Origin: Pristiophorus japonicus
Taxonomy: Eukaryota
Reading direction: 5' to 3'
DNA: 64,000 nucleotides
NCBI RefSeq assembly: GCF_044704955.1
Contig: NC_092002.1
Location: forward strand, 11,780,001-11,844,000
This document shows, in pieces, positions 22,973 to 35,477 of the stretch. Numbering within the stretch: the stretch's first letter is position 1; each line of letters starts with the position of its first letter. Under the pieces are notes generated by a model, which searched no databases, was not told the DNA's origin, and saw only the letters and a list, made by a program, of their open reading frames with translations. The translations under genes and the position numbers were made by a program.

Positions 22973-24641
22973 GTGAGTATCCTCAACCCGTTTCTATGGT
23001 GATGGAAACTTTCAGTTTGGTTCGGTTAGTGTCTCTGGGCTCCCTCCCTCGGAGTGGCGCGGTTGTGGGTTCAAGCCCCACTCCAGGGACACAAGTTAAG
23101 GGAGCACAGTGTTGAGGGAGTGCTGCACTGTCGGAGGGGCCGTGCCATGCATTGGAGGAGAAGTTAACCTGTCTGCCTGCTCGGGTGGCTGTTCAAAGAT
23201 CACCTGGCACTTAATGGAAGAACGTCAGGTTTCCCAGCACCCTGACCAATATTCATCCCTCAAATAAGGCCGCAAAAAACAGATTGACTGCCTATTCATC
23301 TTATTTTACCCTCCGAAATCTCGGCGCTCCTCTTGCGCGTCCCGATTTTCATCGTTCCACCATTGGCGGCCGTGCCTTCAGCTGCCTGGGCCCCAAGCTC
23401 TGGAATTTCCTCCCTAAACCTCTCTGGCTCTCGTTCGCCTTGTAAGACGCACCTTACCTACCTCTTTGACCAAGTTTTGATCATCTGCCCTAATTTCTCC
23501 TTTAGTGGCTCGCTGTCGAACTTTGTTCGAGAACATACCCACATACACACGCCTAACCACGCCCACGCCTAACCACGCGCACACCTACACACCCTCTCCC
23601 TCCCTCAGGTCCTCTCTCACTGGTTCCCTGGCTTTCTTATATGTATCTATCGCGTTACAAATATTTCTAATGTTTCCAGATTCCACTGCCTATGAAGCAC
23701 TTATTCCACTCCTAATGGGATCATGGAAATGCCATCGATTGAATGCAACCTGCCATAATAAAATAATATAACGTTCGATTGATAATCCTGGCATTTTTAC
23801 TGAGGTGCCCTCGGGGGTTAGGAAGAGGTTTCAAAGATCTTTTCTTGAAGGTTTCACCTCTCCTACAGCACCATCTAACCGAGGAAGGTATATGACAGAG
23901 TACACTGTTGTTTTATTGACAGAAGCAGGCTCAACAGGTTAAATGGTCTCTTCTTTTTCATGCCATGGGTTTCAGCATTTCAAACTCCAGATCATTTAGA
24001 AAAGGCAGGTGCCGTTTTCTTTTTATTACCCAGATGAAGTAATCCACCATCAGGAAAGGGACACCTACCTAACTATGGAAAACCCATGGACTAAACTCTT
24101 GCAATTGATGAGGTCACAAATTTTTCAGCTCGATTTCCCTCATAATCAAGTCCTCTTAGCTCTGTATAAACGGTAAGGTGATGGACAATTATAGTATTTG
24201 CATTTATATAATTTATTATGTCAAAACATCTCCAGTTACTTCACAATTAATTACTTTCAAATGCAGTGTTATTATTATGTAGGGAATTTTATATCGGTCA
24301 TTCTATGCAAGGAATGTCCCATAAGTAACCATGAGACAAATATGAGCAAATAACCTGATTCTTTTTTTAAAGGAAAGTTTGCAGATTTTAATAATTTTAT
24401 AGTTTTGAAAGAATCTGATATTTGCCTTAATATACAAACATCTGATTTATAATTACTGATAATCACTAGGCATAAATTCTCATCATAAGGTTACTTTTAT
24501 AACTAAGGAAAATGTCTAGCAAGAACTGTATGATTCAAATATGGAGTTCACTGTGAAAATGTAATATAGAACTGGACCTTTTACAAGAGACTGATTTAAT
24601 AATAAAATTCATGAAAATGTACTTGCTCAGTATAATCTTTA

Positions 24642-25373
24642 GGGGCAATTTTAGCTCCAGGGCAGAACGACCACCTGGAAGGTGCTACGAAAGGCCCCGT
24701 CATGTATCTCACACTACTGTACATAACTGTATCTTACCATGCTATACATGACTGTAACTAGAGATGACCTGTAACCACAAGCTTACCTTACCACCAGGGG
24801 TGCACTTGCAGCCCGACACTGGATACCTGTCCCAGACAGGTATATAAGGACAGGTCTCAGGCAAGTGTGGCATTCGAGAGCTGTGTAATAAAGGTGCAGG
24901 TCCTGAGTGACCTTGACTTCAACATGTACCTCGTGTGAGTCTGTACTGCAGGGACAGGACCTTACAGTCCCAGTCCATTTTAATAGCCGAGCCTCATTCA
25001 AATTCAGCAGGCGAGCTGCTGCCTGAAACAGGCATTCAGTCCGGCTCGGATCCAGGTAAGCCATTGGGTGGGGGCAGTGGTTTGGGATGGTTTTGTGAAT
25101 GCAGAACGGGGGTCGCCCGAGAGCCGGGGCGGGGGGGGGTGCAAAGGGCCAAACATTCTTTGTAGGACCTAGAGGAGCATGCCAGAGTGCCCACAGTGGA
25201 AGTTATATTCAATAGGCTGTTAAAATGGCTTCAGGATCCTAAGGGACCCCAATTTGCGTATATTTATGAAGTGATTGCCTGAGCTGCCCACACGTGAGAC
25301 GGAAACAGAAAAGTACATTTACCGCTTTCATCTCAACTCCTGTTACACCTGTAGAGAGAGTTAAAGTCTCCCC
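24642..25373. mobile_element. Putative non-autonomous DNA transposon (MITE-like), interrupted by a solo LTR
   Basis: Imperfect terminal inverted repeats GGGGCAATTTTA / TAAAGTCTCCCC flanked by TTTA on both sides. Confidence 0.45.
24698..24966 (+). mobile_element. Solo LTR (probably Gypsy-type)
   Basis: (C)GTCATG...CTTACA ends, TATATAA at 24841, AATAAA at 24887, near-TSD GGCCC/GTCCC. Confidence 0.7.
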
Positions 25374-26004
25374 TTTATGTTTCATGTGACAATCAGTATT
25401 TGAATTTCGAATGGAATCAGAGATGAAAGGGGCAGATAAATAGCAGGGTTACATTAGCTACCTTCCAATCTGTGGGAATCGTTCTAGAATCTATGGAATT
25501 TTGGAAGATGACAAATAGTGCATCCACTCTCTCTATAGCCACCTCTTTCAAAACCCTAGGATGTAGGTCACCAGGTCCAGGGGATTTATCGGCTTTCAGT
25601 CCATTAATTTTTCCAATACAATTTTTTTTTTTTTACTAATTCTAATTTCTTTCAGTTCCTCATTCTTGCTAGATCCCTGGTTCTCTTCTATTTCCGGGAG
25701 GTTTTTTGTGTCTTCTTCCGTGACGACAGACACATAGGCAGAGAAATTCAGTCGCACCTCATTTCACTAACATCACAACAGTGACTGCCCTTCAAGGTCT
25801 TTCATTGCACGCGGCGCCCTTTGAGCTGCGATAAGGCGCTCTGTGAAATCGAGTCTTTCTTTATAAATGTAATCCAAACATTCACAAACGCCTCCCCACT
25901 CACTTCCAATGGACGACATTCCAACAGGAGGCGCTTCCCTGATGGCATAATGGCTAAATGCCCCATCTGGCCTGCATCCTGCCTATGGTCTACGCCCTGT
26001 CTAC

Positions 26005-26395
26005 AAACGTAAGAATTAGGAGCAGGACTCGGCCATTCGGCCCTTCGAGCCTGCTCCGCCATTCAATAAGATCGCGGCTGATCTTCGACCTCAACTCCAC
26101 TTTCCTGCCCGATCCCTTGATTCCGCCAGAGTCCAAAATTCTGTCGATCTCAGCCTTGAATATACTCAAAGACTGAGCCTCCACAGCCCTCTGTGGTAGA
26201 GAATCCCAAAGATTCACAACCCTCTGAGTGAAGAAATTCCTCCTCATCTCAGTCCTAAATGGCTGACCCCTTATCCTGAGACTGTGCCCCCTGGTTCTAG
26301 ACATTCCAGCTCAGGGGGAAACACCCTCCCTGCAACTACCCTGTCAAACCCCCTCACAATCTTGTTTGTTTCAATGAGATCGCCTCTCATTCTTC
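26005..26395 (-). mobile_element. CR1 3' fragment (another CR1 piece at 25450-25735)
   Basis: SRTRGHSLRIRGQPFRTEMRRNFFTQRVVNLW. Confidence 0.85.
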
Positions 26396-26515
26396 CCTTC
26401 TACATTCCATCTGTGGACTGCATCGCACCCCTGCCCCCAAACACTATCCGTGGGCTCTCTCTCTCTCTCTCTCTCTCTCTCATGCTCCTGCTTTGTGTTG
26501 CTTCTTGTGTTTCAG

Positions 26516-26640
26516 GTGTGGGCTGGTCGCGCTGTGGATGGCCGGCCATTTGCTGAATGCGTGCGAGGTAATGGGCCTGCAGGGGATCGTGGACTGCGCG
26601 ATGGCCAGAGGCTACACTGCTCAGGGAGAGATGTTCTCGG
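26516..26640 (+). CDS. ACTMAP: ACTMAP coding exon 3 (contains the putative catalytic Cys, QCGLVALW)
   Basis: cag|CGLVALWMAGHLL...RGYTAQGEMFS|gtatgg. Confidence 0.96.
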
Positions 26641-26762
26641 GTATGGTTCAACACACACACTGCAGTCCGCTACCTCCTGACTCTGCTTGACCTCCTGCTC
26701 CTTGCTCTTTTTATCTGGTTTCTCCTCTCTCGTTCACAGTCTGGTCCTGTCTTTCTATCGTC

Positions 26763-27645
26763 CCACGGCTCAGTGGGCAGCACACTCGCCTCTGAGTCAG
26801 AAGGTTGTGGGTTCAAGTCCCACTCCAGGGACTTGAGTACATAAATCCAGGCTGACACTCCCAATGCAGGGCTGTGGGAGCGCCGCACTGTCGGAGGTGC
26901 CGTCTTTCAGATGAGACGTTAAACCGAGGCCCCATCTGCTCTCTCAGCTGGACGTAAAAGATCCCATGGCACTATTTCGAAGAAGAGCAGGGGAGTTATC
27001 CCTGGTGTCCTGGGGCCAATATTTATCCCTCAACCAACATCACTAAAAACTGGCCATTATCACATTGTTGTTTGTGGGAACTTGTCGTGCGCAAATTGAC
27101 TGCCGCGTTTCCCACATTAAAAGAAAGACTTGGATTTATATAGCGCCTTTCAAGACCACCGGACATCTCAAAGCACTTTACAGCCAATGAAGCACTTTTA
27201 GAGTGTAGACACTGTTGTAATATGGGAAATGCGGCAGCCAATATACACACAGCAAGCTCCCACACACAGCAATGTGATAATGACCAGATAATTTTTTTTT
27301 TAATTGTTATGTTGATTGAGAAATAAATATGGAATAACTCCCCTGCTCTTCGAAATAAGTGCCGTGGGATCTTTTATGCCCACCTGAGAGAAGACGGGCC
27401 TCGGTTTAATGTCTCAACCGAAAGACGGACCGTCCGACAGTGCGGTGCTCCCTCAGTACTGCACTGGGAGTGTCGGCCTGGATTTATGTGCTCAAGTCCC
27501 TGGAGTGGGACTTGAACCTTCTGACTCAGAGGTGAGAGTGCTGCCCACTGAGCCACGGCTGACAACAATGACCACACTTCAAATGTATTTTATTGGCTTC
27601 GGGATGTCCCGAGGCTGTGAAAGGCGCTATATAAATGCAAGTCCC
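26763..27645. mobile_element. Deu-SINE (+) with a second Deu-SINE (-, about 27120-27562) nested inside it
   Basis: Plus copy breaks after TTTCCCACATT and its tail resumes at 27563. Confidence 0.8.
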
Positions 27646-27658
27646 TTTCTGATTGCAG

Positions 27659-27788
27659 GTGCTAATATGGTGAAGCTGGCGGAGGAGGTTTTCCGGTGTC
27701 GCGGTGAACTGCTCAACAACGGCTTAATGGGAAGGAACAGAGCCAGAATAATGCACCACCTGTGGGCTGGCTATCCCGTATTGATACC
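27659..27788 (+). CDS. ACTMAP: ACTMAP coding exon 4
   Basis: cag|(G)ANMVKLAEEVF...HLWAGYPVLI(P)|GTATCCTT. Confidence 0.93.
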
Positions 27789-27855
27789 GTATCCTTGCAA
27801 CCGTTAACTACATTGGTGGTCAGATGGTCAAGGCGGCCTCTGCCTGTACAGGTCC

Positions 27856-27941
27856 CGGCTGTGAATCACTGGCCACGGCTGTGAATCACTGGCCACGGCT
27901 GTGAATCACTGGCCACGGCTGTGAATCACTGGCCACGGCTG
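27856..27941. repeat. 20-bp tandem repeat, 4 copies (CGGCTGTGAATCACTGGCCA)
   Basis: Exact direct repeats. Confidence 0.9.
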
Positions 27942-28094
27942 AGATGCAGCCTCAGGCTATCGGCGGCGTCCAGAGCTGCAGAATCTGCGTAAAATTCCTG
28001 GCTGCCGCCTCCAAGGGAGCTGGCAGGCTAGGTAAAGTTCCACGGGCGCTGTCTGCCCTCCCATAGCTCACCCAAGCCACACACGTAGGAAGCA

Positions 28095-30890
28095 AAGAGG
28101 AATGGTCGACTGGAAGGCTGTTTCCAGTGGGGTTCCGCAGGGCTCAGTACTAGGTCCCTCGCTTTTTGTGTTATATATCCATGATTTAGACTTCAATGTA
28201 GGGGACATGATTAAGAAGTTTGCAGATGATACAAAAATTGGCCGTGTGGTTGATAATGAAAAAGAAAGCTGCAGACTGCAGGAAGAGATCAATGGACTGG
28301 TCAGGTGGGCAGAACAGTGGCAAATGGAATTCAATCCCGAGTAGTGTGAGTTAATGCATCTGGGGAGGTCTAACAAGGCGAGGGAATTAACAGTCGGACT
28401 CGGGTGAATTTATAATGGGGAACAAAGAAATGGCAGACCAATTGAACAAATACTTTGGTTCTGTCTTCACGAAGGAAGACACAAATAACCTTCGGGATGT
28501 ACTAGGGGACCGAGGGTCTAGTGAGAAGGAGGAACTGAAGGATATCTTTTATTAGGTGGGAAATTGTGTAGGGGAAATTGATGGGATTGAAGGCCGATAA
28601 ATCCCCGGGGCCTGATTGTCTGCATCCCAGAGTACTTAAGGAAGTGGCCCTAGAAATAGTGGATGCATTGGTGATCATTTTTCAACAGTCTATCGACTCT
28701 GGATCAGTTCCTATGGACTGGAGGGTTGCTAATGTAACACCACCTTTTTAAAAAAAGGAGGGAGAGAAAATGGGTAATTATAGACCGGTTAGCCTGACAT
28801 CAGTAGTGGGGAAAATGTTGGAATCAATTATTAAGGATGAAATAGCAGTACATTTGGAAAGTAGTGACAGGATCGGTCCAAGTCAGCATGGATTTATGAA
28901 GGGGAAATCATGCTTGACAAATCTGGAATTTTTTGAGGATGTAACTAGCAGAGTGGACAAGGGAGAACCAGTGGATGTGGTGTATTTGGACTTTCAAAAG
29001 GCCTTTGACAAGGTCTCACACAAGAGATTGGTGTGTAAAATCAAAGCACATGGTATTGGGGGTAATGTACTGGCGTAGATAGAGAATTCGTTGGCAGACA
29101 GGAAGCAGAGAGTCGGGATAAACGGGTCCTTTTCGGAATGGGAGGCAGTGACTAGTGGAGTGCCGCAGGGCTCAGTGCTGGGACCCCAGCTCTTTACAAT
29201 ATACATTAATGATTTGGGTGAAGGAATTGAGTGTAATATCCAAGTTTGCAGATGACACTAAACTGGGTGGCGGTGTGAGCTGTGAGGAGGACGCTAAGAG
29301 GCTGCAGGGTGACTTGGACAGGTTAGGTGAGTGGGCAAATGCATGGCAGATGCAGTATAATGTGGATAAATCTGAGGTTATCCACTTTGGTGGCAAAAAC
29401 ACGAAGGTAGAATACTATCTGAATGGCGGCAGATTAGGAAAAGGGGAGGTGCAACGGACCTGGGTGTCATGGTTCATCAGTCATTGAAAGTTGGCATGCA
29501 GGTATAGCAGGCGGTGAAGAAGGCAAATGGCATGTTGGCCTTCATAGCTAGGGGATTTGAGTATAGGAGCAGGGAGGTCTTACTGCAGTTGTACAGGGCC
29601 TTGGTGAGGCCCCACCTGGAATATTGTGTTCAGTTTTGGTCTCCTAATCTGAGGAAGGACGTTCTTGCTATTGAGGGAGTGCATCGAAGGTTCACCAGAC
29701 TGATTCCCGGGATGGCTGGACTGACATATGAGGAGAGACTGGATCAACTGGGCCTTTATACACTGGAGTTTAGAAGGATGAGAGGAGATCTCATAGAAAC
29801 GTATAAGATTCTGACGGGACGGGACAGGTTAGATGCGGGAAGAATGTTCCCGATGTTGGGGAAGTCCTTAGGATAAGGGGTAGGCCATTTAGAACTGAGA
29901 TGAGGAGAAACTTCTTCACTCAGAGAGTTGTTAACCTGTGGAATTCCCTGCCGCAGAGAGTTGTTGATGCCAGTTCATTGGATATATTCCGGAGGGAGTT
30001 AGATATGGCCCTTATGGCTAAAGGGATCAAAGGGTATGGAGAGAAAGCAGGAAAGGGGTCCTGAGGTTGAATGATCAGCCATGATCTTATTGAATGGTGG
30101 TGCAGGCTCGAAGGGCCGAATGGCCTACTCCTGCACCTATTTTCTATGTTTTTATTAACAATAAATGGTAGGACACTGGGAAGTGTAGAGGAACAAAGAG
30201 ACCTTGGAGTGCATGGCCACAGATCCCTGGAGATAGCATGACGGGTAGATAAGGTGGTTAGGAAGTCATATGGAATACTTACCTTTATCAGCCAAGGCAT
30301 AGAATATAAGAGCAGGGGGTGGGGTTATGCTTGAACTGTATAAAACACTGGTTAGGCCACAGCTGGAGTACTGTGTGCAGTTCTGGTCACCACATTACAG
30401 GAAAGATGTGATTGCACTAGAGAGGGTGCAGAGGGGTTTTACGAGGTTGTTGCCTGGACTGGAGAATTTTAACTACAAGATTGGATAGGCTGGGGTTGTT
30501 TTCTTTGGAACAGAGGAGGCTGAGGGAAGACTTTATTGAGGTGTATAAAATTATGAGGGGCCTTGATAGAGTGGATAGGAAGGACCTATTTCCCTTAGTA
30601 GAGGGGTCAACAACTAGGGGGCATAGATTTAAAGTAATAGAGGGGATTTGAGGAGACATGTTTTCCACCCAGAGGGTGGTGGGTGTCTGGGACTCACTGC
30701 CTGAAAGGGTAGTAGAGGCAGAAACCTTCACCACATTTAAAAAATATTTGGATGTGCACTTGAAGTGCTGTAACCCACAGGGCTACGGACCGAGAGCTGG
30801 AAAGTGGGATTAGGCTGGATAGCTCTTTGTCGGCCGGCGCAGACACGATGGGCCGAATGGCGGCCTCCTGTGCTGTAATTTTCTATGGTT
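28095..30890 (+). mobile_element. Nested CR1 LINEs: younger copy 28393-30153 inserted in an older CR1-clade copy
   Basis: RT motifs GVPQGS and KFADD; TSD ATTAACA at 28386-28392 and 30154-30160. Confidence 0.9.
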
Positions 30891-31072
30891 CGATGTGTGT
30901 TTAGGCATTCTGCATCATGAGCATGCCGTAGCTTAGCCTGTCCCAGGCCTCGCCCATTGCCCACAGCAGGGGTCACTGGGCACTGATCAGGGGCAGGAAC
31001 CCTGGCTAATTTGTCCTCTAACTGTAGGAATCCCGACTGGTGCTTGAGCTGGAACAGCACAGATTGGGGAGG

Positions 31073-32540
31073 GGGTCACTGGGCAGTGATCAGGAGCAGA
31101 GTAACCCTGGCTGATTTCCCTGCTCTCTAACCCAGGGGTCACTGGGCAGTGATCAGGAGCAGGAACCCTGGCTGATTTCTCTTCTCTCTAACCCAGGGGT
31201 CACTGGGCAGTGATCAGGAGCAGGAACCCTGGCTGATTTCTCTTCTCTCTAACCCAGGGGTCATTGGGCAGTGATCAGGAGCAGTAATCCTGGCTGATTT
31301 TCCTTCTTTCTAACCCAGGGGTCACTGGGCAGTGATCAGGAGCAGGAACCCTGGCTGATTTCCCCTCTCTCTAACCCAGGGGTCACTGGGCAGTGATCAG
31401 GAGCAGGAACCCTGGCTGATTTCCCCTCTCTAACCCAGGGATCACTGGGCAGTGATCAGGAGCAGTAACCCTGGCTGATTTCCCTTCTCTCTAACCCAGG
31501 GATCACTGGGCAGTGATCAGGAGCAGAAACCCTGGCTGATTTCCCCTCTCTAACCCAGGGATCACTGGGCAGTGATCAGGAGCAGTAACCCTGGCTGATT
31601 TCCCTTCTCTCTAACACAGGTTGGCATACAGGTGCAGCAGGCGGTAAATAAGGCAAATGCTATGTTGGCCTTTATAGCTAGGGGATTTGAGTATAGGAGC
31701 AGGGAGGTCTTACTAGTTGTACAGGGCCTTGGTGAGGCCTCACCTGGAATATTGTGTTCAATTTTGGTCTCCTAATCTGAGGAAGGACGTTCTTGCTATT
31801 GCAGCGAAGGTTCACCAGACTGATTCCCGGGATGGCCGGACTGACATATGAGGAGACTGGAGCAACTGGGCCTTTATACATTGGAATTTAGAAGGATAAG
31901 AGGGAATCTCATAGAAACATACAAGATTCTGACGGGACGGGATGGGACAGGTCAGGTTAGATGAGGGCAGATTGTTCCCGATGTTGGGGAAGTCCAGAAC
32001 CAGGGGACACAGTCTAAGGATAAGGGGTAGGCCATTTAGGACTGAGATGAGGAGAAACTTTTTCACTCAGAGAGTAGTTAATATGTGGAATTCCCTGCTG
32101 CAGAGAGTTGTTGAGGCCAGTTCATTGGATATATTCAAGAGGGAGTTAGATGTGGCCCTTACGGCTAAAGGGATCAAGGGGTATGGAGAGAAAGCAGGAA
32201 AGGCGTACTGAGGTGAATGATCAGCCATGATATTATTGAATGGTGGTGCAGGTTCGAAGGGCCGAATGGCCTACTCCTGCACCTATTTTCTATGTTTCTA
32301 TCACTGGGCAGTGTTCAGGAGCAGGAACCCTGGCTGATTTCCCTTCTCTCTAACCCAGAGATCACTGGGCAATGATCAGGAGCAGAAACCGTGGCTGATT
32401 TCCCCCTCTCTCTAACCCAGAGATCACTGGGCAATGATCAGGGGCAGGAACCCTGGTTGATTTCCCTTCTCTCTAACCCAGGGGTCACTGGGCAATGATC
32501 AGGAGCAGGAACCTTGGCTGATTTCCCCCTCTCTCTAACT
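31073..32540. repeat. About 60-bp tandem array (GGGTCACTGGGCAGTGATCAGGAGCAGGAACCCTGGCTGATTTCCCTTCTCTCTAACCCA), split by a CR1 3' fragment at 31619-32300 (+)
   Basis: About 9 units before and 4 after the CR1. Confidence 0.9.
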
Positions 32541-32837
32541 GTAGGAATCCCGACTGCTGTTTGAGCAGGAGCAGCTCAGACTGGGGGCTGGATCCTAGGA
32601 CCATCCTGGTCTGTATGATTCAGTCCAACGCCTGAAGCTTCTCTGACGGTTTCATGAGAGCGCCAGCTCCAAGCGGGGTGGGGTCGGTCAGGCCACAAGA
32701 CCCGAGGTTAAATGGCTGCTCCACGTGAGGTAGCGGTTGGGGTGCTCCTGCTGACCTTGGTAACCCTGGGCCATAGGGAGCGCGTCACTAACAACCTGTT
32801 TTACAGTAAATTGGGGCAGCTCCTTAACTATCGGAAG

Positions 32838-32908
32838 GTACGACGAAGATTTCAACCATGAGCCCTGTCTGCGGAAGGGGCACAAAGCGCACTGGGCAGT
32901 GATATCAG
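32838..32908 (+). CDS. ACTMAP: ACTMAP coding exon 5 (contains HKAHW, putative catalytic His)
   Basis: YDEDFNHEPCLRKGHKAHWAVIS(G)|gtggg; not in the ORF track. Confidence 0.95.
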
Positions 32909-34654
32909 GTGGGAGCGCAATGCTAAGTGGATCTTTGTGCATAGCTGCTGTGTCACTGTCAATGTATTGCCTCCCTCTTCTCTGTAACTGATAACAGAGT
33001 GCTCCCCCCTCCTCCCTCCATAACGTCTCACTGCCTGCCCTGTGGGCAGCACACTCGCCTCAGAGTCAGCAGGTCGTGGGTTCAAGTCCCACTCCAGACA
33101 CTTGAGCGCATAAACCTAGACTGACACTCCCAGTGCAGTGCTGAGGGAGTGCTGCACTGTTGGAGGTGTCATCTTTTGGATGAAATGTTAAACCGAGGCC
33201 CCGTCTGCCCTCTCAGCATAAAAGATTCAATGGCAATATTTCGAAGAAGATCAGGGGAGTTCTCCCCAGTGTCCTGGGCCAATATTTATCCTTCAAATCA
33301 ACATCACTCAACCCAATGATCTAGTCATTATCACATTGCTGTTTGTGGGAGCTTGCTGTTTCCTACATTACAACAGTGACTACACTTCAAAAGTATTTCA
33401 TTGGCTATAAAGCACTTTGGGACATGCCGAGGATGTGAAAGACGCTATATAAATGCAAGCCAGTGGCAATTGCTCACACTAAGTCACGACTCACTGTAAC
33501 GTTACGTGATTGATCGCGCCATGTATTATCCTGCTGCGACGGTGCGTTCGTGTGTCCCCTCAGGCACAGGATCTCATTTCTGTGTCCATGAGGTCGGAGT
33601 TCAGTAGAAACCAGGAAGTGTCTATATCTCTTCATGGCCTCGCTCCCTCTCTTAACCCAACAGGCCTGCATGGCGCCCAACCTTGCTGTTCTTCCAACTC
33701 TGGGCACTTGGCACCTGTTCCCTCCCTTTGCTCCAGTACTGACGGCCGTGCCTTCAGCTGCCCAGACCCCACACTCGGGAATTCCCTCCCTAAACCCTTC
33801 TGTCTCCCCAACTCCCTCAAGACTCTCCTTAAAACTCAGACCTCACTGGGCAAGCTTTTGATCACCCGTCCCCATTTTCCTCCTTTAGCTCGGCATCCAT
33901 TTTATGATGTGCCTCTGCGAACCACTTAGATGTTTTGTCTACATTAAAGGTGCTTTGTAAATGTAAATTGTTGAATATATAATAGAGTGCCTATCGGGAC
34001 GATACCCCGAAGGGCTTCACTATAAAGTGTAGTGACAGTTATAATGTTGGCCAGCGTAGCAGCTAATATACACACACAAAGTAATGAGATAAATAACCAG
34101 ACCGTGCTGTTGGCGGAGGTTGAGCAGGACACCTGGGAGAACACCCCTGCTCATCCTCCAATAATGCCGTGGGATCTTAAACATCCAGCTGAGGGGGCAG
34201 ACGGGTCCTCGGTTTAATGTCTCGTCCGAAAGATGGCACCTCCGACAGTGCAGCGCTGTGCTGGCCCTGGGGTGGGGTTTGAACTGAGCCACAACTGAGA
34301 CAGCAGTTTCCAGTGTTGAATCGTGAGGGATGTGTCTTCAGCAGATCCCCCGTGGAGACTGAAGCAATTGTTTAAAAATGCATTCTCAGCATGTGGGCAT
34401 TACCGGCATTTATTGCCCATCCCGAGTTGTTCTGAAGCAGCACTTTGATACAACTGTGCGTGTTGTTCAGGTTGGAGCAGTCACATATCGGCCAGACCGG
34501 GTAAGGGCGGCAGATTTCCTTCTCTAAAGGACATTAGTGAACGAGATGGGTTATTATGGCAATCTTCCCACTTTTAATTCCAGATTTATTTTTTTAAAGA
34601 TTAAATTCAAATTCTCAAACTGCCACGGTGGGATTTTAACTCACATTCTCAGGA

Positions 34655-35160
34655 ACCCTCACCACTTTTAAGAGATGGTTGGATGGGCACTAAAAGTGCC
34701 GTAACCTGCAGGGTTACAGACCCAGAGCTGGTAATTGGGGATTAGACTGGATAACCTTTTGTTGGACGGTGCAGATATAATGGTAAGTACTGCAGGGAAT
34801 CGAATACGGCCAGGGTGATCTCCTGGACCAGTTTCGATTGCCTGGATGGGTCAGAGAGAAATTTCCCAGATTTTTTTTCCCCCTAAATTGGCCTGGGTTT
34901 TTAATCTGGTTTTTGCCTCTCCCAGGAGATCACATGGCTTCGGTTGGAGCGGAGTGTAGAATGTTTCAGTGTAAGGGGTGTCGCAGTTGTGTGGGGTGGA
35001 CTGGTTGGGCTGGGTGCTCTTTGCCTTTCTGTCATTGTTCATGGGTTTATATGTAACCTTCAGGGCTGCTGACTGAGGGCCGTGCGGCTCTTTGTCGGCC
35101 GGCGCGGACACGATGGGCCGAAATGGCCTCCTTCTGCGCTGTAAATTTCTATGTTTCTAT
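34655..35160 (+). mobile_element. CR1-clade 3' end with extended 3'UTR, inserted in a tRNA-SINE (-)
   Basis: End GGCCTCCTTCTGCGCTGTAAATTTCTATGTTTCTA is shared with copies at 2473 and 30890. Confidence 0.65.
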
Positions 35161-35477
35161 TAGTCGAGGCTGCTGGATCACTACTCCAGTAAGGTAACCA
35201 CTACACTGCCGTACCCTGCTACAAAAACCTGGCCTGTTGCGTTAAGACTAATGTTCAGGTACAAAGGTAGCCTACGTAGGGCCCAAGGTTAATCTGGTTA
35301 ATTGCTTTTTGGCAAGTTTACAGATTGCTAGGTGCTTGTAAATACCTGGGTGCAGCTCAGAAAAGAACATCCCTTTTTAAGTATAGTTTTGACACCTTTT
35401 CAGTATGATGCACACATTCGAAATGTTTGAGAATAGGTTGATTCCCAGTACTTGCTGGCCATTTAGCAGTTTAGCAA

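Larger units (their letters stand above)
27789..32837 (+). other. ACTMAP: U12-type (minor spliceosome) GT-AG intron
   Basis: 5' site GTATCCTT; branch point TCCTTAAC at 32821-32828 close to the AG; no polypyrimidine tract; splicing restores LIP|YDEDFNHEP. Confidence 0.92.

Noticed and set aside
26763-26835. tRNA genes at SINE heads
   Set aside because: A/B boxes run straight into the SINE body with no complete cloverleaf or terminator
32890-32908. ACTMAP exon 5 shares CACTGGGCAGTGAT with the adjacent 60-bp repeat
   Set aside because: Only 14 nt; the exon encodes the conserved HWAV motif and the repeat seems SINE-derived, so coincidence is likely
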